A program made the translations under genes and the position numbers. The notes beneath the pieces were generated by a model. That model searched no databases. It was not told where the DNA came from and was given only the letters and a program-made list of their open reading frames with translations. From an uncultured delta proteobacterium (GTDB taxonomy: Bacteria; Myxococcota_A; Polyangia; Polyangiales; Polyangiaceae), in the NCBI GenBank assembly GCA_963696385.1, contig CAVOKF010000001.1:1-64000 (forward strand): a stretch of 64,000 nucleotides of DNA. The letters are read 5' to 3'. Below, one piece after another: positions 31,872-42,157 of the stretch (position 1 is the stretch's first letter; the number at the start of each line of letters is the position of its first letter).

Positions 31872-33671
31872 ATGCGATCCCTAGTTCGTGGCGCTCTTAT
31901 TCTTCTTCTGCCGGCTGTCGGGTCCCTTGGGACGTTCACGGGATGCAGTTCGAGCACGCCGTCGCCCTCGAGCGATGCAGGAGAGCCGGATGGAACGACA
32001 CCGGCTGACAGCGGCAGCGACGCCACAGGCATCGTGGACGCGCACGCCGACTCGTCACCGGACGCGAGCGACGCGGGCGAGAGCGACGCGGCGGATGCGG
32101 GCGATGCGGGCGAGGGCGGCCCGGCGGACGCCGGCGACGCGGGCGACGCGGGCGAGGGCGGCCCGGCGGACGCCGGCGATGCGGGCGAGGGCGGCTCGCC
32201 CGACGGTGGGGACGGGGGAGCCGAGCTCGCGTCGCTCCAGCACGTCGTCATCATCTATTTGGAAAATCACAGTTTCGATAATCTGTTTGCCAGTTGGCCC
32301 GGTGCGGACGGCCTCGCCGACGCGGGCTTGGCCGTTGCCCAGGTGGGTCCCGACGGCGGTCCTTACGGGACTCTTCCCGAATACGGTCCCTCCGGCGCGG
32401 GCATCGAGTCGCTCGAGGGCGCCTCGATCGCGAACGCCGCGTTCGACCTGACCGCGTACTTCCAGGAGGGCGCGCTCACGAACGATTTGCTCCATCGGTT
32501 CTACCAAGAGCAGGCGCAAATCAACGGCGGCAAGATGGACTCCTACGTGCTCTGGAACGATGAGAGCGCGGGGCAGAGTTTGGGCTACTGGCCGACCAGC
32601 TCGCTGCCGATGCCCCAGTGGATGAGTGCTCATCCCACGTACGTGACCTTGCTCGATCATTTCTTCCATGCCGCATTCGGCGGATCGTTTCTGAACCACT
32701 TCTGGCTCATTGCCGCGCAGAGCCCGACATTCCCGGACGCGCCGGCCGCCATTGTCGCGACGCCCAACGACGCCGGTCAGCTCGTTTCGCCGCTCGACAC
32801 GACGACGTCTCCCCCGAGCGAAGTCTACAACTCGTCCAACGCCGACGGCCAGGTGACGCCCGACGGTTACGCCGTCAACACGACCTATTCGGTCAACGAG
32901 CCGCATCCCCCGGCGTTCGACACCGGATCGAGCAACCCGACGCATCTCTTGCCGCAGCAGACCTTCACGACCATCGCCGATGAGCTCGACGGAGCCGACG
33001 TGAGCTGGGCTTGGTACGCCGGGGGTTGGAACGACGCCCTGGCGTATGCCGGCGTCGCTTCGGTCGGCACGGATGCGGGCAGCGAAACCATCCTGGGTGG
33101 AACGGCGGAGGTGCTCAATATTTTCGAGTACCACCACCAGCCGTTCGTCTACTTCAAGAACTGGGGCGGTACGGCGGCGGACGGTGGCGTGGCCGGTCCC
33201 GGCACAGTCCCCAATGGCAAGTGGGCCGTGAACCATAACCTCCAAGACGAAGAAGACTTCATTGCCGCCGCGGCGGCTGGAAAGCTGCCCGCGGTCTCGT
33301 TCGTCAAGCCGCTCTTTGACGAGCACCCCAACTACACGACGGAGACGGATAGCGAATCGAACACCGTCAGTCTCATCAACGACGTTGTCAACGGGCCGCA
33401 ATGGAGCAGTACGGCCATCATCATTACGTATGACGAAAACGGCGGCTTTTGCGACCACGTTCCGCCGCCGACGACCGACAAGTGGGGTCCGGGCACTCGT
33501 GTTCCGGCCATCGTCATCTCGCCGTTTGCCAAGGGGGGCGTCGACTCGACCCCGTACGACACGACCGCGATCCTCAAGCTCATCGAGAAGCGGTGGAGTT
33601 TGAACGCGCTCGCGACGCGGGATGCCGCCCAAAACGACCTGTCGGCCCACGCGCTGAACTTCGCGCCCTAA
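31872..33671 (+). CDS. Phosphoesterase (AcpA/phospholipase C family) lipoprotein
   Basis: HVVIIYLENHSFDNLF, HRFYQ, GGSFLNH, HHQPF, ITYDENGGFCDHVPPP, WGPGTRVPAIVISPF; DAG linker repeats. Confidence 0.92.
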   Translation: MRSLVRGALILLLPAVGSLGTFTGCSSSTPSPSSDAGEPDGTTPADSGSDATGIVDAHADSSPDASDAGESDAADAGDAGEGGPADAGDAGDAGEGGPADAGDAGEGGSPDGGDGGAELASLQHVVIIYLENHSFDNLFASWPGADGLADAGLAVAQVGPDGGPYGTLPEYGPSGAGIESLEGASIANAAFDLTAYFQEGALTNDLLHRFYQEQAQINGGKMDSYVLWNDESAGQSLGYWPTSSLPMPQWMSAHPTYVTLLDHFFHAAFGGSFLNHFWLIAAQSPTFPDAPAAIVATPNDAGQLVSPLDTTTSPPSEVYNSSNADGQVTPDGYAVNTTYSVNEPHPPAFDTGSSNPTHLLPQQTFTTIADELDGADVSWAWYAGGWNDALAYAGVASVGTDAGSETILGGTAEVLNIFEYHHQPFVYFKNWGGTAADGGVAGPGTVPNGKWAVNHNLQDEEDFIAAAAAGKLPAVSFVKPLFDEHPNYTTETDSESNTVSLINDVVNGPQWSSTAIIITYDENGGFCDHVPPPTTDKWGPGTRVPAIVISPFAKGGVDSTPYDTTAILKLIEKRWSLNALATRDAAQNDLSAHALNFAP

Positions 33672-33778
33672 GTCCACCGCCCCCAGAGCCAGGGGTCAGC
33701 CGGGCGTCGCGAGCGATTCGAGGCAAGGAAGGCCGAGCGACGCAGCGAGGCTGACCGACGCGTCGAACCGCGCAGCAG

Positions 33779-33991
33779 CCTGTTGAGCACGGTCTCAGGC
33801 GCCCCCACCGCCGACTCGCGGCCGGCCCGGATGGCTTCCGCCGTCCGGGTCCGGGGATCTCTCCCGTACGGCCGAGGCGCGCCGCTGCAACAGTGGGCGC
33901 ACGATCGTCGGATGCGCGTGCCAGGCGCGGTCGTCACCGCTGAGGCCGTTCGGGGTCGAATCACACCCGGGGCTCGCCTGCTGGCAACAGG
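33779..33991 (-). ncRNA. Candidate structured non-coding RNA (~210 nt), family unassigned; strand tentative
   Basis: Ends pair (CCUGUUG/CAACAGG, CAGGCG/CGCCUG, CCCC/GGGG) and enclose several hairpins, one with a GGAA tetraloop; no credible CDS. Confidence 0.5.
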
Positions 33992-34305
33992 ACGCGCGGG
34001 TGAGCCCCGGCCGCGCCCCCGGGGCGCGGGCAAGGCGCGGGGCTAATAATGGCCCAAGAGCCCGCCCGAGGCCTGCCGCGGCCTATCGTAGGCGGCGCGT
34101 TTGGGGCGCCTGTGGAGGGCGGCGTCGCCTGCGCGGAAATGGTCCTCCACGGCTCGGCCGGCGGTCGAGCTATCGGACCGTTCCATTTCGGCTGCCCACC
34201 GAATGTACAGGACAGGGCGGCCATCTTCCGATAGTAACGTCGCGACTCGTGCCGAAGTCGCTCCACGCGCAGCGCCTTCGTGCGTGTTCATAAGGAGTAG
34301 AGCAA

Positions 34306-34512
34306 ATGGCAACCGGCACTGTTAAATGGTTCAACGATACGAAAGGCTTCGGATTCATCACGCAGGACGGCGGCGGAGAAGACGTCTTCTGCCATCAGTC
34401 GGCCGTTCAAGCGACGGGCTTTCGCTCGCTGACCGAGGGACAGAAAGTGGAATTCGAGGTGAAGCAAGGCCCGAAGGGCCTTCAGGCGGCGAACGTTCGC
34501 GTCATTGCCTGA
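34306..34512 (+). CDS. cspA: Cold-shock protein
   Basis: [34 protein letters not shown]. Confidence 0.97.
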   Translation: MATGTVKWFNDTKGFGFITQDGGGEDVFCHQSAVQATGFRSLTEGQKVEFEVKQGPKGLQAANVRVIA

Positions 34513-34820
34513 AGCGGGGGAAGTTGGGCTTCGTACGCCCCGGCTGCCGACGGACTGGATGCACTCGTCCGTTGGCACCGGACTCTACCGACGATCGCGC
34601 GGTTGCGTGACTCGCACGATCCGCTGTTGACGGAGTTGTGCGTTGTCTCCTGACGCGAGTTCTGCCGGTCGGACTCCGTGATCTCTCCGATCACGATTTG
34701 GAAACGAACGGCGGCGTCGCGAGGCAAGGCCACGCGCGTCGCACAGACCGGCTCCTCGTCCTGCCGCGCGCATCGCAACGATCGATGCGCGCAGGCCATC
34801 GGGGCCGCAACGATCCCGGA

Positions 34821-35546
34821 TCAGGTCGTGGGAAAAGGCTCTCTCTCGGCCCCCTTCGGGTTGGATGCGTCGGTGCCTTCGGCGAACTCGGTTCCGGCGG
34901 TCGACTCGACGAACGGCCCTCCGCGCTCCTCGGGAACGACCTGGTTGAGGACATCTTCCTCCCGACTCTCGCCGCTCGTCACGGTCTCGACGAACTCCTC
35001 CCCGAACGTCTCGGCCAGGTCGTCGTTCGACCGCGATTTCGTGATGAAGGCGGTTCCCTCATCCTCGTGGCCGCCACTTTTGGCCATGAGCTCCGCGGCA
35101 TACTTCGGATCGATGTGCCCCGAACCATCGCGTCGGCGGACCGCCTGCCGGATCGAAGGGCCCGCGCCGCGCTTCGCCTTCGGAGTCACGGGCTTTGCGC
35201 GAGCCATCGCCTTCGGAGTCACGGGCTTTGATCGAGCCGTCGCCTTCGGACGAGCTCGCGTCTTGACGGGCGCGCGCGTCGTCTTTCGCGTGACGCTCGA
35301 CGGGATCGCTTTGCGCGCGCCGCCAGCCTTTGCCGCCGGGGCCGCTTTCGCCCGAGCGGCCGGCCGTCGGGCCGGGGTCTTCTTCTTGGCGGCCTTCCGG
35401 GCGGCCGGCGGGTTGGGACGCGCCGCACCGCGCTTTTTCGCGGCGATTGCACTCTTCTTGCCCCTCGCCTTGGGCGCTCCCTGAGCGCGGCGGGTGGGGG
35501 TTTTCGACGAGCTCGCTGCACCCCTTCTTGTCTTCTTGGTGGCCAT
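34821..35546 (-). CDS. Protein with Lys/Arg/Ala-rich histone-like N-terminus and acidic C-terminal domain
   Basis: MATKKTRR..AARKAAKKK..KPVTPKA x2; DDLAETFGEEFVETVTSGE. Confidence 0.75.
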   Translation of the reverse strand: MATKKTRRGAASSSKTPTRRAQGAPKARGKKSAIAAKKRGAARPNPPAARKAAKKKTPARRPAARAKAAPAAKAGGARKAIPSSVTRKTTRAPVKTRARPKATARSKPVTPKAMARAKPVTPKAKRGAGPSIRQAVRRRDGSGHIDPKYAAELMAKSGGHEDEGTAFITKSRSNDDLAETFGEEFVETVTSGESREEDVLNQVVPEERGGPFVESTAGTEFAEGTDASNPKGAEREPFPTT

Positions 35547-35782
35547 ACCCGCTATCCTAGCCCCTCTCGGGCGAGGGAGAAGCGCGCCGGTTCGGCGGGG
35601 TTAGGGCCCAAAGACCGCCTTGCACCAATGCCCCATTGCCAAGGGGGCTCGTTTCGTTGGTGTTTCCAGATTGGCCATTCGTGCGGTTTCCCGAATCTTC
35701 GTTGTTCGCCGAATCCCTCGAGCACGTTGGATTCGCGTATCGCTTGCTTCGTCTTGCTGGGTGGTACAAATTTCGGTTCGGC

Positions 35783-36706
35783 ATGGATAGCGCCATTCCG
35801 CAGGGCAAGCGTGAGGTCATCGACGGGCAGCTGCGCGTTCACTATTTCGGATATTGGATCAAGGCCTACGTCGTTCCTGCGGATACGCTTCTCGCCAAAA
35901 AACGCCTCATCGAAGCGCTGACGAGGCGACTCTTCGACCACTGCGAACACGGCATCAACGTCCCCGGCGCGTGCCTCGACCAGGCGCGCCGATCGTTCGA
36001 CGCCGAAACCGATCCGGAGCGACGGCGCGTCAAGGGAGCGATGCTCGCGGGAGCCCTCTTCAACCGGGCGACGGACGTTTTTACCAAGCTCGTCGAGATT
36101 CAGGCGCTCGGCGTGAAGATTGAATACGACAACGCGTTGATGCGCGAGTGCGGAGAGCACCTGCAGGAGGCGCTGTCGCTCGGGAAACTGGTCCTGCATC
36201 GCAGCGGCGAGGAGGGCCTCGACGAGCTGTGGGGAGAGCCGTTCAAAGCGTTCGCCTTTCCGATCGAGGATTTCTACAACAGTCGCTACATCAAGATCGC
36301 GCAGAGCATGCAAGCCATCGACGGCATTCGAGACGAGCTCATCGGGACTTTGTCCAATCTTTCGATGTTCGACGGTTCCGAGTCGCGCATCGACGACTTC
36401 GCCCGGGCCGCAAAGGTCAAGTGCGAAACGCTGCGCACCGACCCCGAAATTTTCGACGTATGGACCTCGTTCGTCGTCGCGGCCGAGCGGCTGGCCCGGT
36501 TCGAGCCGCGGCTTTGCTCCGAGGCGTCGATGCCGGATCAGCGCCAGGCCACGCAGGGCACGCAGCTCATCGCCAAGGGCCGAGACCTCATCTCGTACGT
36601 GACTCGCGCGCGCGTTCCGATGCCCAAGACGGCCGCGGAGTTCGTGGATCGCTGCCGCCAGTTTCGCACCCTGTACGTAGCCCCTCGCGCGCTCAGCGTA
36701 GCCTGA
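35783..36706 (+). CDS. Hypothetical helical protein
   Basis: Clean 307-aa ORF with typical codon usage; no recognised motif. Confidence 0.75.
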   Translation: MDSAIPQGKREVIDGQLRVHYFGYWIKAYVVPADTLLAKKRLIEALTRRLFDHCEHGINVPGACLDQARRSFDAETDPERRRVKGAMLAGALFNRATDVFTKLVEIQALGVKIEYDNALMRECGEHLQEALSLGKLVLHRSGEEGLDELWGEPFKAFAFPIEDFYNSRYIKIAQSMQAIDGIRDELIGTLSNLSMFDGSESRIDDFARAAKVKCETLRTDPEIFDVWTSFVVAAERLARFEPRLCSEASMPDQRQATQGTQLIAKGRDLISYVTRARVPMPKTAAEFVDRCRQFRTLYVAPRALSVA

Positions 36707-36835
36707 TCGGTCTTTGCCCGGTGCGGGCGGGCGAACGGCGCCTTCCTGACGGCCATGGTACGCGGTGGCGATCGGACGCGATGGCGGCTACGCCGCCCAG
36801 CGCGCTCGCGTTGGCGCTCGCGTCCCCGATGCCCC

Positions 36836-38767
36836 ATGATCGACGTCGTTCATCTCGCAAAGTCGTACGGTGCCCGAACCCTCTTCGAGGGCGTATCGCT
36901 CAAGCTCGTGGCCGGATCGCGCTACGGGTTGGTGGGAGCGAACGGTTCGGGAAAAACGACGCTCCTCGAAATCATCGCCGGCGACGAGTCGCCCACCGAC
37001 GGCTCCGTTACCATCGCCAAGTCGGCGCGTACCGGGGTTCTTCGGCAGGATCGCTTCCTGCGTGACGAGGACGCGATCCTCGACATCACGATGGCCGGCG
37101 ACGACATCGTCTGGGGAGCCATGGCCGAGCAGCGACGCATCGTCGCCGAGGACCAGCCGGATGCGGCCCGGCTCGCCGAGCTCGAGGATCGAATCGCGGC
37201 GCACGACGGCTACACGCTCGAAGCGCGCGCGAGCGCCATTTTGGAGGGGCTCGGCATCCCGATCGCATCCCATCGGCGGCCGCTCGCCACACTCTCCGGG
37301 GGCTTCAAGTTGCGCGTGCTTCTGGCTCAGGTGCTTCTCGGCGGGCCCGACGTGCTGCTGCTCGACGAGCCCACCAATCACCTCGACATCCTGTCGATTC
37401 GCTGGCTCGAGCAGTTCTTGGCCGGCTACTCCGGATGCGCCCTGGTCATCTCGCACGACCAGCGGTTTCTGGATACCGTGGCGACCCACATCCTCGACGT
37501 CGATTATGGAACGGTGACGTGTTACCCCGGCAACTACACGGCCTTCTTGGCCGAAAAAGCGGCCGTCCACGAGCGGAAGTCCGCGCAGATCGCGCGTGCC
37601 GAAGCGATCGTCGCGGACAAGCGTGCGTGGGTCGAGCGATTCGGTGCGAAAGCGACCAAAGCGCGGCAAGCCCAGAGCCGGCTCAAGCAAATCGAGAAAA
37701 TCGAAATCGTCAAGCTCGAGCCGACATCGCGGCAGTTTCCTAAGTTCCAGTTCACGCCGTTGCGCCCGAGCGGGCGCGACGTGCTCGCGATCGACGGTCT
37801 CTCGAAATCGTACGGCGACAAGCGCGTCCTCGAGAGCGTGTCGCTCGTGGTCCGCCGCGCCGAACGAGTCGCCATCTTGGGACCCAACGGCTTGGGCAAA
37901 TCGACCCTGCTCAAGATCGCCACCGGCAACCTCAACGCCGACGCGGGATCGGTGACCTGGGGGCACGAGGCTCGTGTCGGCTACTTCCCCCAGGATCATC
38001 GCGAGGTGCTGGCGGACGCCGCGGCCACGCCCATCGACGTCGTCTGGAGCGCGGTACCCACCGAGTCGACGAGCTACGTGCGCGGTCAACTGGGGCGCGT
38101 CCTGTTTTCGGGCGACGACGTCGCAAAGAAGGTGGGGGCGCTTTCGGGAGGCGAGGCGGCGCGGCTCGTGTTCTGCCTCCTCATGGTCGACCGCCCCAAC
38201 GTGCTCGTCCTCGACGAGCCGACCAATCATCTCGATCTCGAGGCCATTCAGGCGCTCGTGCAAGCGCTGCGCAACTTCGAAGGGACGCTCGTGTTCGTGT
38301 CGCACGATCGGGCATTCGTCTCGGCGCTGGCGACGCGAATCCTCGAGGTGACCGAAGACGGATTCCGCGATTTCCCAGGCACCTACGACGAGTACCTGGA
38401 CAAGCTCGGCGACGATCACCTCGATGCCGACGCGGTCGTGTTGCGGGCGAACAAGCGACGAGCGATGGCAGGTCCGTCGAAGCTGGCGCCGCTTTCGCCC
38501 CGCTCGTGGGAAGAGCAAAAGAAACGAAAGAACCGGCAAAAGCAGCTGCCCTCGCTTCGAGACGCAACCGTGAAGTCGATCGAGGTCGCAGAGGCGCGCA
38601 AGGCGTCGATTCATGCGCTCTGGTGCGAGCCGGGCTTCTTCGAGCGGAGCCCGCCCGATGCGGTCGCCGCGCTGCAGGCCGAGGAAGCGAGCCTCGTGCA
38701 GCGCATCGAGGCCCTAGTCGGCCAATGGGAAGCGTTCGAGAAGGAGATCGAAGACACGGCGGACTGA
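36836..38767 (+). CDS. ABC-F family ATPase
   Basis: Two ABC domains (GANGSGKTT, LSGG, LLLDEPTNHLD; GPNGLGKST, LSGGE, LVLDEPTNHLD), no TM. Confidence 0.95.
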   Translation: MIDVVHLAKSYGARTLFEGVSLKLVAGSRYGLVGANGSGKTTLLEIIAGDESPTDGSVTIAKSARTGVLRQDRFLRDEDAILDITMAGDDIVWGAMAEQRRIVAEDQPDAARLAELEDRIAAHDGYTLEARASAILEGLGIPIASHRRPLATLSGGFKLRVLLAQVLLGGPDVLLLDEPTNHLDILSIRWLEQFLAGYSGCALVISHDQRFLDTVATHILDVDYGTVTCYPGNYTAFLAEKAAVHERKSAQIARAEAIVADKRAWVERFGAKATKARQAQSRLKQIEKIEIVKLEPTSRQFPKFQFTPLRPSGRDVLAIDGLSKSYGDKRVLESVSLVVRRAERVAILGPNGLGKSTLLKIATGNLNADAGSVTWGHEARVGYFPQDHREVLADAAATPIDVVWSAVPTESTSYVRGQLGRVLFSGDDVAKKVGALSGGEAARLVFCLLMVDRPNVLVLDEPTNHLDLEAIQALVQALRNFEGTLVFVSHDRAFVSALATRILEVTEDGFRDFPGTYDEYLDKLGDDHLDADAVVLRANKRRAMAGPSKLAPLSPRSWEEQKKRKNRQKQLPSLRDATVKSIEVAEARKASIHALWCEPGFFERSPPDAVAALQAEEASLVQRIEALVGQWEAFEKEIEDTAD

Positions 38768-38822
38768 CGCCCGGGGTCGAGGTCGAGGTCGAGGTCGGGC
38801 TCGGGGTCGGGCTCGGCAGTTC

Positions 38823-40175
38823 GTGGTACCGTCGGTGCTCGTGCCCGCGTTTCGCTCTTGTGTCCGACTGGCGGTGACTCTCTTCAGCGTCGCCGGCGGC
38901 GCGTGCTCTCAAGCGTCTTCGACTGGGCCCGTGAGCGGCGTTGGCGCCTCCTCGTCGTCCAGTTCGGACCACGCGGGCACATCGTCGTCCGCGGGGGGCG
39001 GCGGTTCATCGAGTACCGCGACCGGCTCGTCCGCGACCGGCTCGTCCGCGACCGGCTCGAGCGCGACCGGGTCGACCGGATCGTCCGCGACGAGCTCCTC
39101 CGCGTCGTCGGCCTCCAGCGGGTCGACCTCGAGCGGGTCGACATCGGGAAATGACGCAGGCACGCTTGGAGCATCCGACGGCGGAACGGGCCGCTTTACG
39201 TGCCCCGCCGGGCCCTTTGCCGCCAATCCGATTCCAGCCGGGGCGACGCCGACGAGGATCGCGGGAGTGCCTCCGCCCGACGAGACCGGTGGCACCATTG
39301 ACCAGAACGGGACGGGCTTTTCGACGATCGAGGGCCCGGTATGGATCAACGCCCTGTTCGTCTCGGAGTTTCCCGGAAGCCCGAATCCGCCGCCCTCGCG
39401 GATCATCGAAATCACTGGGGCAGGAACGGTCAGCGTTCCCGGCCCGGCGGGGTGGAACCCCGGATCGAACGGCCTCGCCGTGGATCCGTCGGGAAACCTC
39501 ATCGCCTGCGTACACAAGGACGGGTCCATCTCCCGCATGGACGTGGTCGCGGGCACGGCAACGCCCATCGCCTCGTCCTATATGGGGGCGCGGTTCAATG
39601 CCCCCAACGACTTGGCGATTCGAAGCGATGGCACCATCTACTTCTCGGACCCCGCCGGCTTCCAGTCTCCCACTCCGGCGCCCCAGGCCCAAGAACGCGT
39701 CTACCGGATCGCCCCCGGCACGAATGCGGTCTCGGTGGTGGAGCCTCAGTCGGGCGCGACGCCGCTGACGAACCCCAACGGCGTCTCGCTCTCGATCGAC
39801 GAAAAGACGCTCTACGTCTCGTCGAAAGACGGCGTCTACGCGTATCCCGTGATGGCTGACGGCAGCGTTGGCGCAGCGCCCTCGACGCCATTTTCGGCGC
39901 TGGACATCGACGGCATGACCCTCGATTGTTCCGGCAACATCTACGGAGCGGTCATTGGTACCAAGACCGTGGCCGTCCTGAGCCCCGCGGGAGCGACGAT
40001 TGCCACCATCACCGTCTCCGGCGGATCGTCGACGACCAACACGGCCTTCGGGGGCGCCGATCACCAGACGCTCTACATCACCACGCAGGGGTCCGGCGGT
40101 GGGCAGACCCCGTCGGCCGCAGGCGCCCAGGGCATATTTCAGGTGGCTCTCGCCATTCCGGGATGGCCGTACTGA
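38823..40175 (+). CDS. SMP-30/gluconolactonase family lipoprotein
   Basis: EGPVW, GSNGLA, FNAPNDL..RSDGTIYFSDP, PNGVSLS, DGMTLDCSGNIY, TNTAFGG; start uncertain. Confidence 0.9.
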   Translation: MVPSVLVPAFRSCVRLAVTLFSVAGGACSQASSTGPVSGVGASSSSSSDHAGTSSSAGGGGSSSTATGSSATGSSATGSSATGSTGSSATSSSASSASSGSTSSGSTSGNDAGTLGASDGGTGRFTCPAGPFAANPIPAGATPTRIAGVPPPDETGGTIDQNGTGFSTIEGPVWINALFVSEFPGSPNPPPSRIIEITGAGTVSVPGPAGWNPGSNGLAVDPSGNLIACVHKDGSISRMDVVAGTATPIASSYMGARFNAPNDLAIRSDGTIYFSDPAGFQSPTPAPQAQERVYRIAPGTNAVSVVEPQSGATPLTNPNGVSLSIDEKTLYVSSKDGVYAYPVMADGSVGAAPSTPFSALDIDGMTLDCSGNIYGAVIGTKTVAVLSPAGATIATITVSGGSSTTNTAFGGADHQTLYITTQGSGGGQTPSAAGAQGIFQVALAIPGWPY

Positions 40176-40242
40176 GGATCGCCATCGCGAACGGCCGCCG
40201 GCGCCTTGCGCGCGTGGGCTGACCCGATTAGGCCCATCGCGT

Positions 40243-40456
40243 GATGCGAAGACCCACCTCTCGCGCTGGCCCGCGGCCGGAGGCCGCGGAAATCGTCGTC
40301 ACCCGAAATGGGCGCCCGGTGGCCAAGCTCGTGGCCGCCACGGCCATCCGCGGGCCGCGTACGCTCGGCGTCCTCAAGGGGCGCATCCGGATTCACAAGG
40401 ATCTCGACGTGCCTCTTTCGGACGACGTTCTCGATGCGTTCGAACGCAAGGCGTGA
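40243..40456 (+). CDS. Phd/YefM antitoxin (N-terminus possibly damaged)
   Basis: EIVVTRNGRPVAKLV..RTLGVLKGRIRI..D.PL.DDVLDAF. Confidence 0.75.
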
Positions 40457-40520
40457 GGCTTCTCCTCGACACGCACGCGCTTCTCTGGGCACTGGCCGCT
40501 CCGGCGAACCTTCCGGCGCT
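40453..40520 (+). pseudogene. Truncated VapC/PIN toxin
   Basis: GTGA overlap; MRLLLDTHALLWALAAP then similarity is lost before the next gene at 40610. Confidence 0.7.
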
Positions 40521-40609
40521 TTCGGCGGGGGCCATTTTGCCTTACATCTCGGGTCTCGGTTCCGGGCGAGAAAACTTCCGTCTAGAAGGGGGAAAGAGGA
40601 GAGAGACGC

Positions 40610-41533
40610 ATGAACGAGGTGATTCGCGTGGGAATCGTCGGTGCCGCACTGGCGCTGGCCGGGTGCGTTTCCGAGGGCCAATACGATGCCGCGGTAAAGG
40701 ACCAGCAGCAGGCGCGAGCCGACGCGCAGCGTGCGCATGACGAAGACCAGCAGCGTGCCGCCGATCTGGCCAAAGCCCGTGCTCAGATCGATCAGTTGAA
40801 CGCCTCCATCGAGGACTTGCAGGCGCGCGCCGCCGAGCGCGACAAGGCCTTGGCGAGCGAGCAAGGCAGCGCACGCGAGTTGCGAGCGAAGCTCGACGGC
40901 GCGATCGCCGAGAACGAGCAGCTTCGCAAGGAGCTCGCGCGACTCGGCACGAACGCCGACACGCTGCTCGCCGAGAAAGGCTCGCTGGCGAGCGCGCTCT
41001 CCAATGCGAAGGCGCGTCTCGAGGAGTTGCGCAGGGCCCAAGCGGCGGCGGACGCGCGCGCAGCGCTCTTCAAGCAGCTTGCGCTCAAGTTCCAGAAGAT
41101 GATCGACGCGGGCGAACTGAAGGTTGCGCTTCGCAACGGTCGCATGGTCCTCGAGCTGCCCAACGACGTGTTGTTCGACACCGGACAGACGGCGATCAAG
41201 CCGGCGGGCAAGCAGGCGCTCACGAAAATCGCCGCCGTGCTTCGCACGATCTCGGATCGGCATTTTCAGGTCGCCGGCGACACCGACAACGTCCCCATCG
41301 ACACCCCCCAGTTTCCCTCGAACTGGGAGCTGTCGACCGGGCGCGCGGTGCAGGTCGTGCACTTCCTGCTCGGGCAGGGGATGCGGCCCGATCTGCTCTC
41401 CGCCGCTGGCTACGGTGAGTTCGACCCGGTCGCTTCCAACGAAGCGGCCGATGGACGAGCCCGCAACCGCCGGATCGAAATCACCCTGCAGCCGAACATC
41501 GACGAACTCGTGTCCGTCCCCAAAGGCTCCTGA
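40610..41533 (+). CDS. OmpA/MotB-family lipoprotein with coiled coil
   Basis: LAGC lipobox; LPNDVLFDTG, VAGDTDNVPI, SNWELSTGRA, NRRIEI. Confidence 0.92.
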   Translation: MNEVIRVGIVGAALALAGCVSEGQYDAAVKDQQQARADAQRAHDEDQQRAADLAKARAQIDQLNASIEDLQARAAERDKALASEQGSARELRAKLDGAIAENEQLRKELARLGTNADTLLAEKGSLASALSNAKARLEELRRAQAAADARAALFKQLALKFQKMIDAGELKVALRNGRMVLELPNDVLFDTGQTAIKPAGKQALTKIAAVLRTISDRHFQVAGDTDNVPIDTPQFPSNWELSTGRAVQVVHFLLGQGMRPDLLSAAGYGEFDPVASNEAADGRARNRRIEITLQPNIDELVSVPKGS

Positions 41534-41570
41534 GGGCGGGTTGTTTTCTTAGACTTCGATCACCCGGACC

Positions 41571-41755
41571 ACCCTGAGCGTTCGCGCTGCTTTACGATCA
41601 CCCGCGATACCCTGAGCGTTCGCTCCGCCTCGACTCGCTTCGCTCGCTCGGCTTCGCTCTCGCGGACCCGGCCCGCACGACACGTCGAGGGGAGCGAATG
41701 CCGCTCCCCTCGAGCTCCCCAGCAGGCCCAGCAGGAGACGAGACGGGTACCCGTC
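41571..41755 (+). repeat. REP-like element, copy A (uninterrupted)
   Basis: ccctgagcgttcgctccgcctcgactcgcttcgctcgct..tcgaggggagcg-N5-cgctcccctcga-gctccccagcaggcccagcaggagacgagacgggtacccg; homologous to 43945-44107 and (reversed) 48846-49086. Confidence 0.9.
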
Positions 41756-41896
41756 GAGCGCGAACGAGAGTCCAAAGAGGGAAACCTCGAGAGCCGTTTC
41801 ACCCGCTGCGAGATCCAGGGTGAGCCCCAATCGGTTCGCAGTTCCAGTTACATCGGGGCCAATCGTCCCCAGTCTCAAGCATGCTAACCTCAAGTC

Positions 41897-42157
41897 ATGG
41901 AGAGCGTTGAGATCATCGTCTCCGTGGCGCTTCCGAGTGCCGCTCTCGACCGCGAGCCTCCCGATGCGATCCAACGTCGGTTACGGTTGCTGTGGGCGCT
42001 GGATGAAATTCGGGCGGGGCGTCTCACCCGAGTGCCGGGCGCCCGGTGGCTCGGTCTTTCGCTTGATGACTTGCTGGCGGCGGCGGGTGAGCACGGCCTT
42101 GCCGCGTTCGACTACGAAGCAGACGACTTTCGCTCCGAGCTCGCTTCGCTGACGTGA
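41897..42157 (+). CDS. UPF0175-family antitoxin-like protein
   Basis: GRLT...ARWLGLSLDDLL..AGEHGL..DYEADDFRSEL; coupled to DUF3368-like start. Confidence 0.7.
   Translation: MESVEIIVSVALPSAALDREPPDAIQRRLRLLWALDEIRAGRLTRVPGARWLGLSLDDLLAAAGEHGLAAFDYEADDFRSELASLT

Noticed and set aside
32060..32200. DAG-rich repeats (and Ser/Thr/Gly tracts at ~11700 and ~39000) as special elements
   Set aside because: Ordinary low-complexity linkers following lipoprotein signal peptides.
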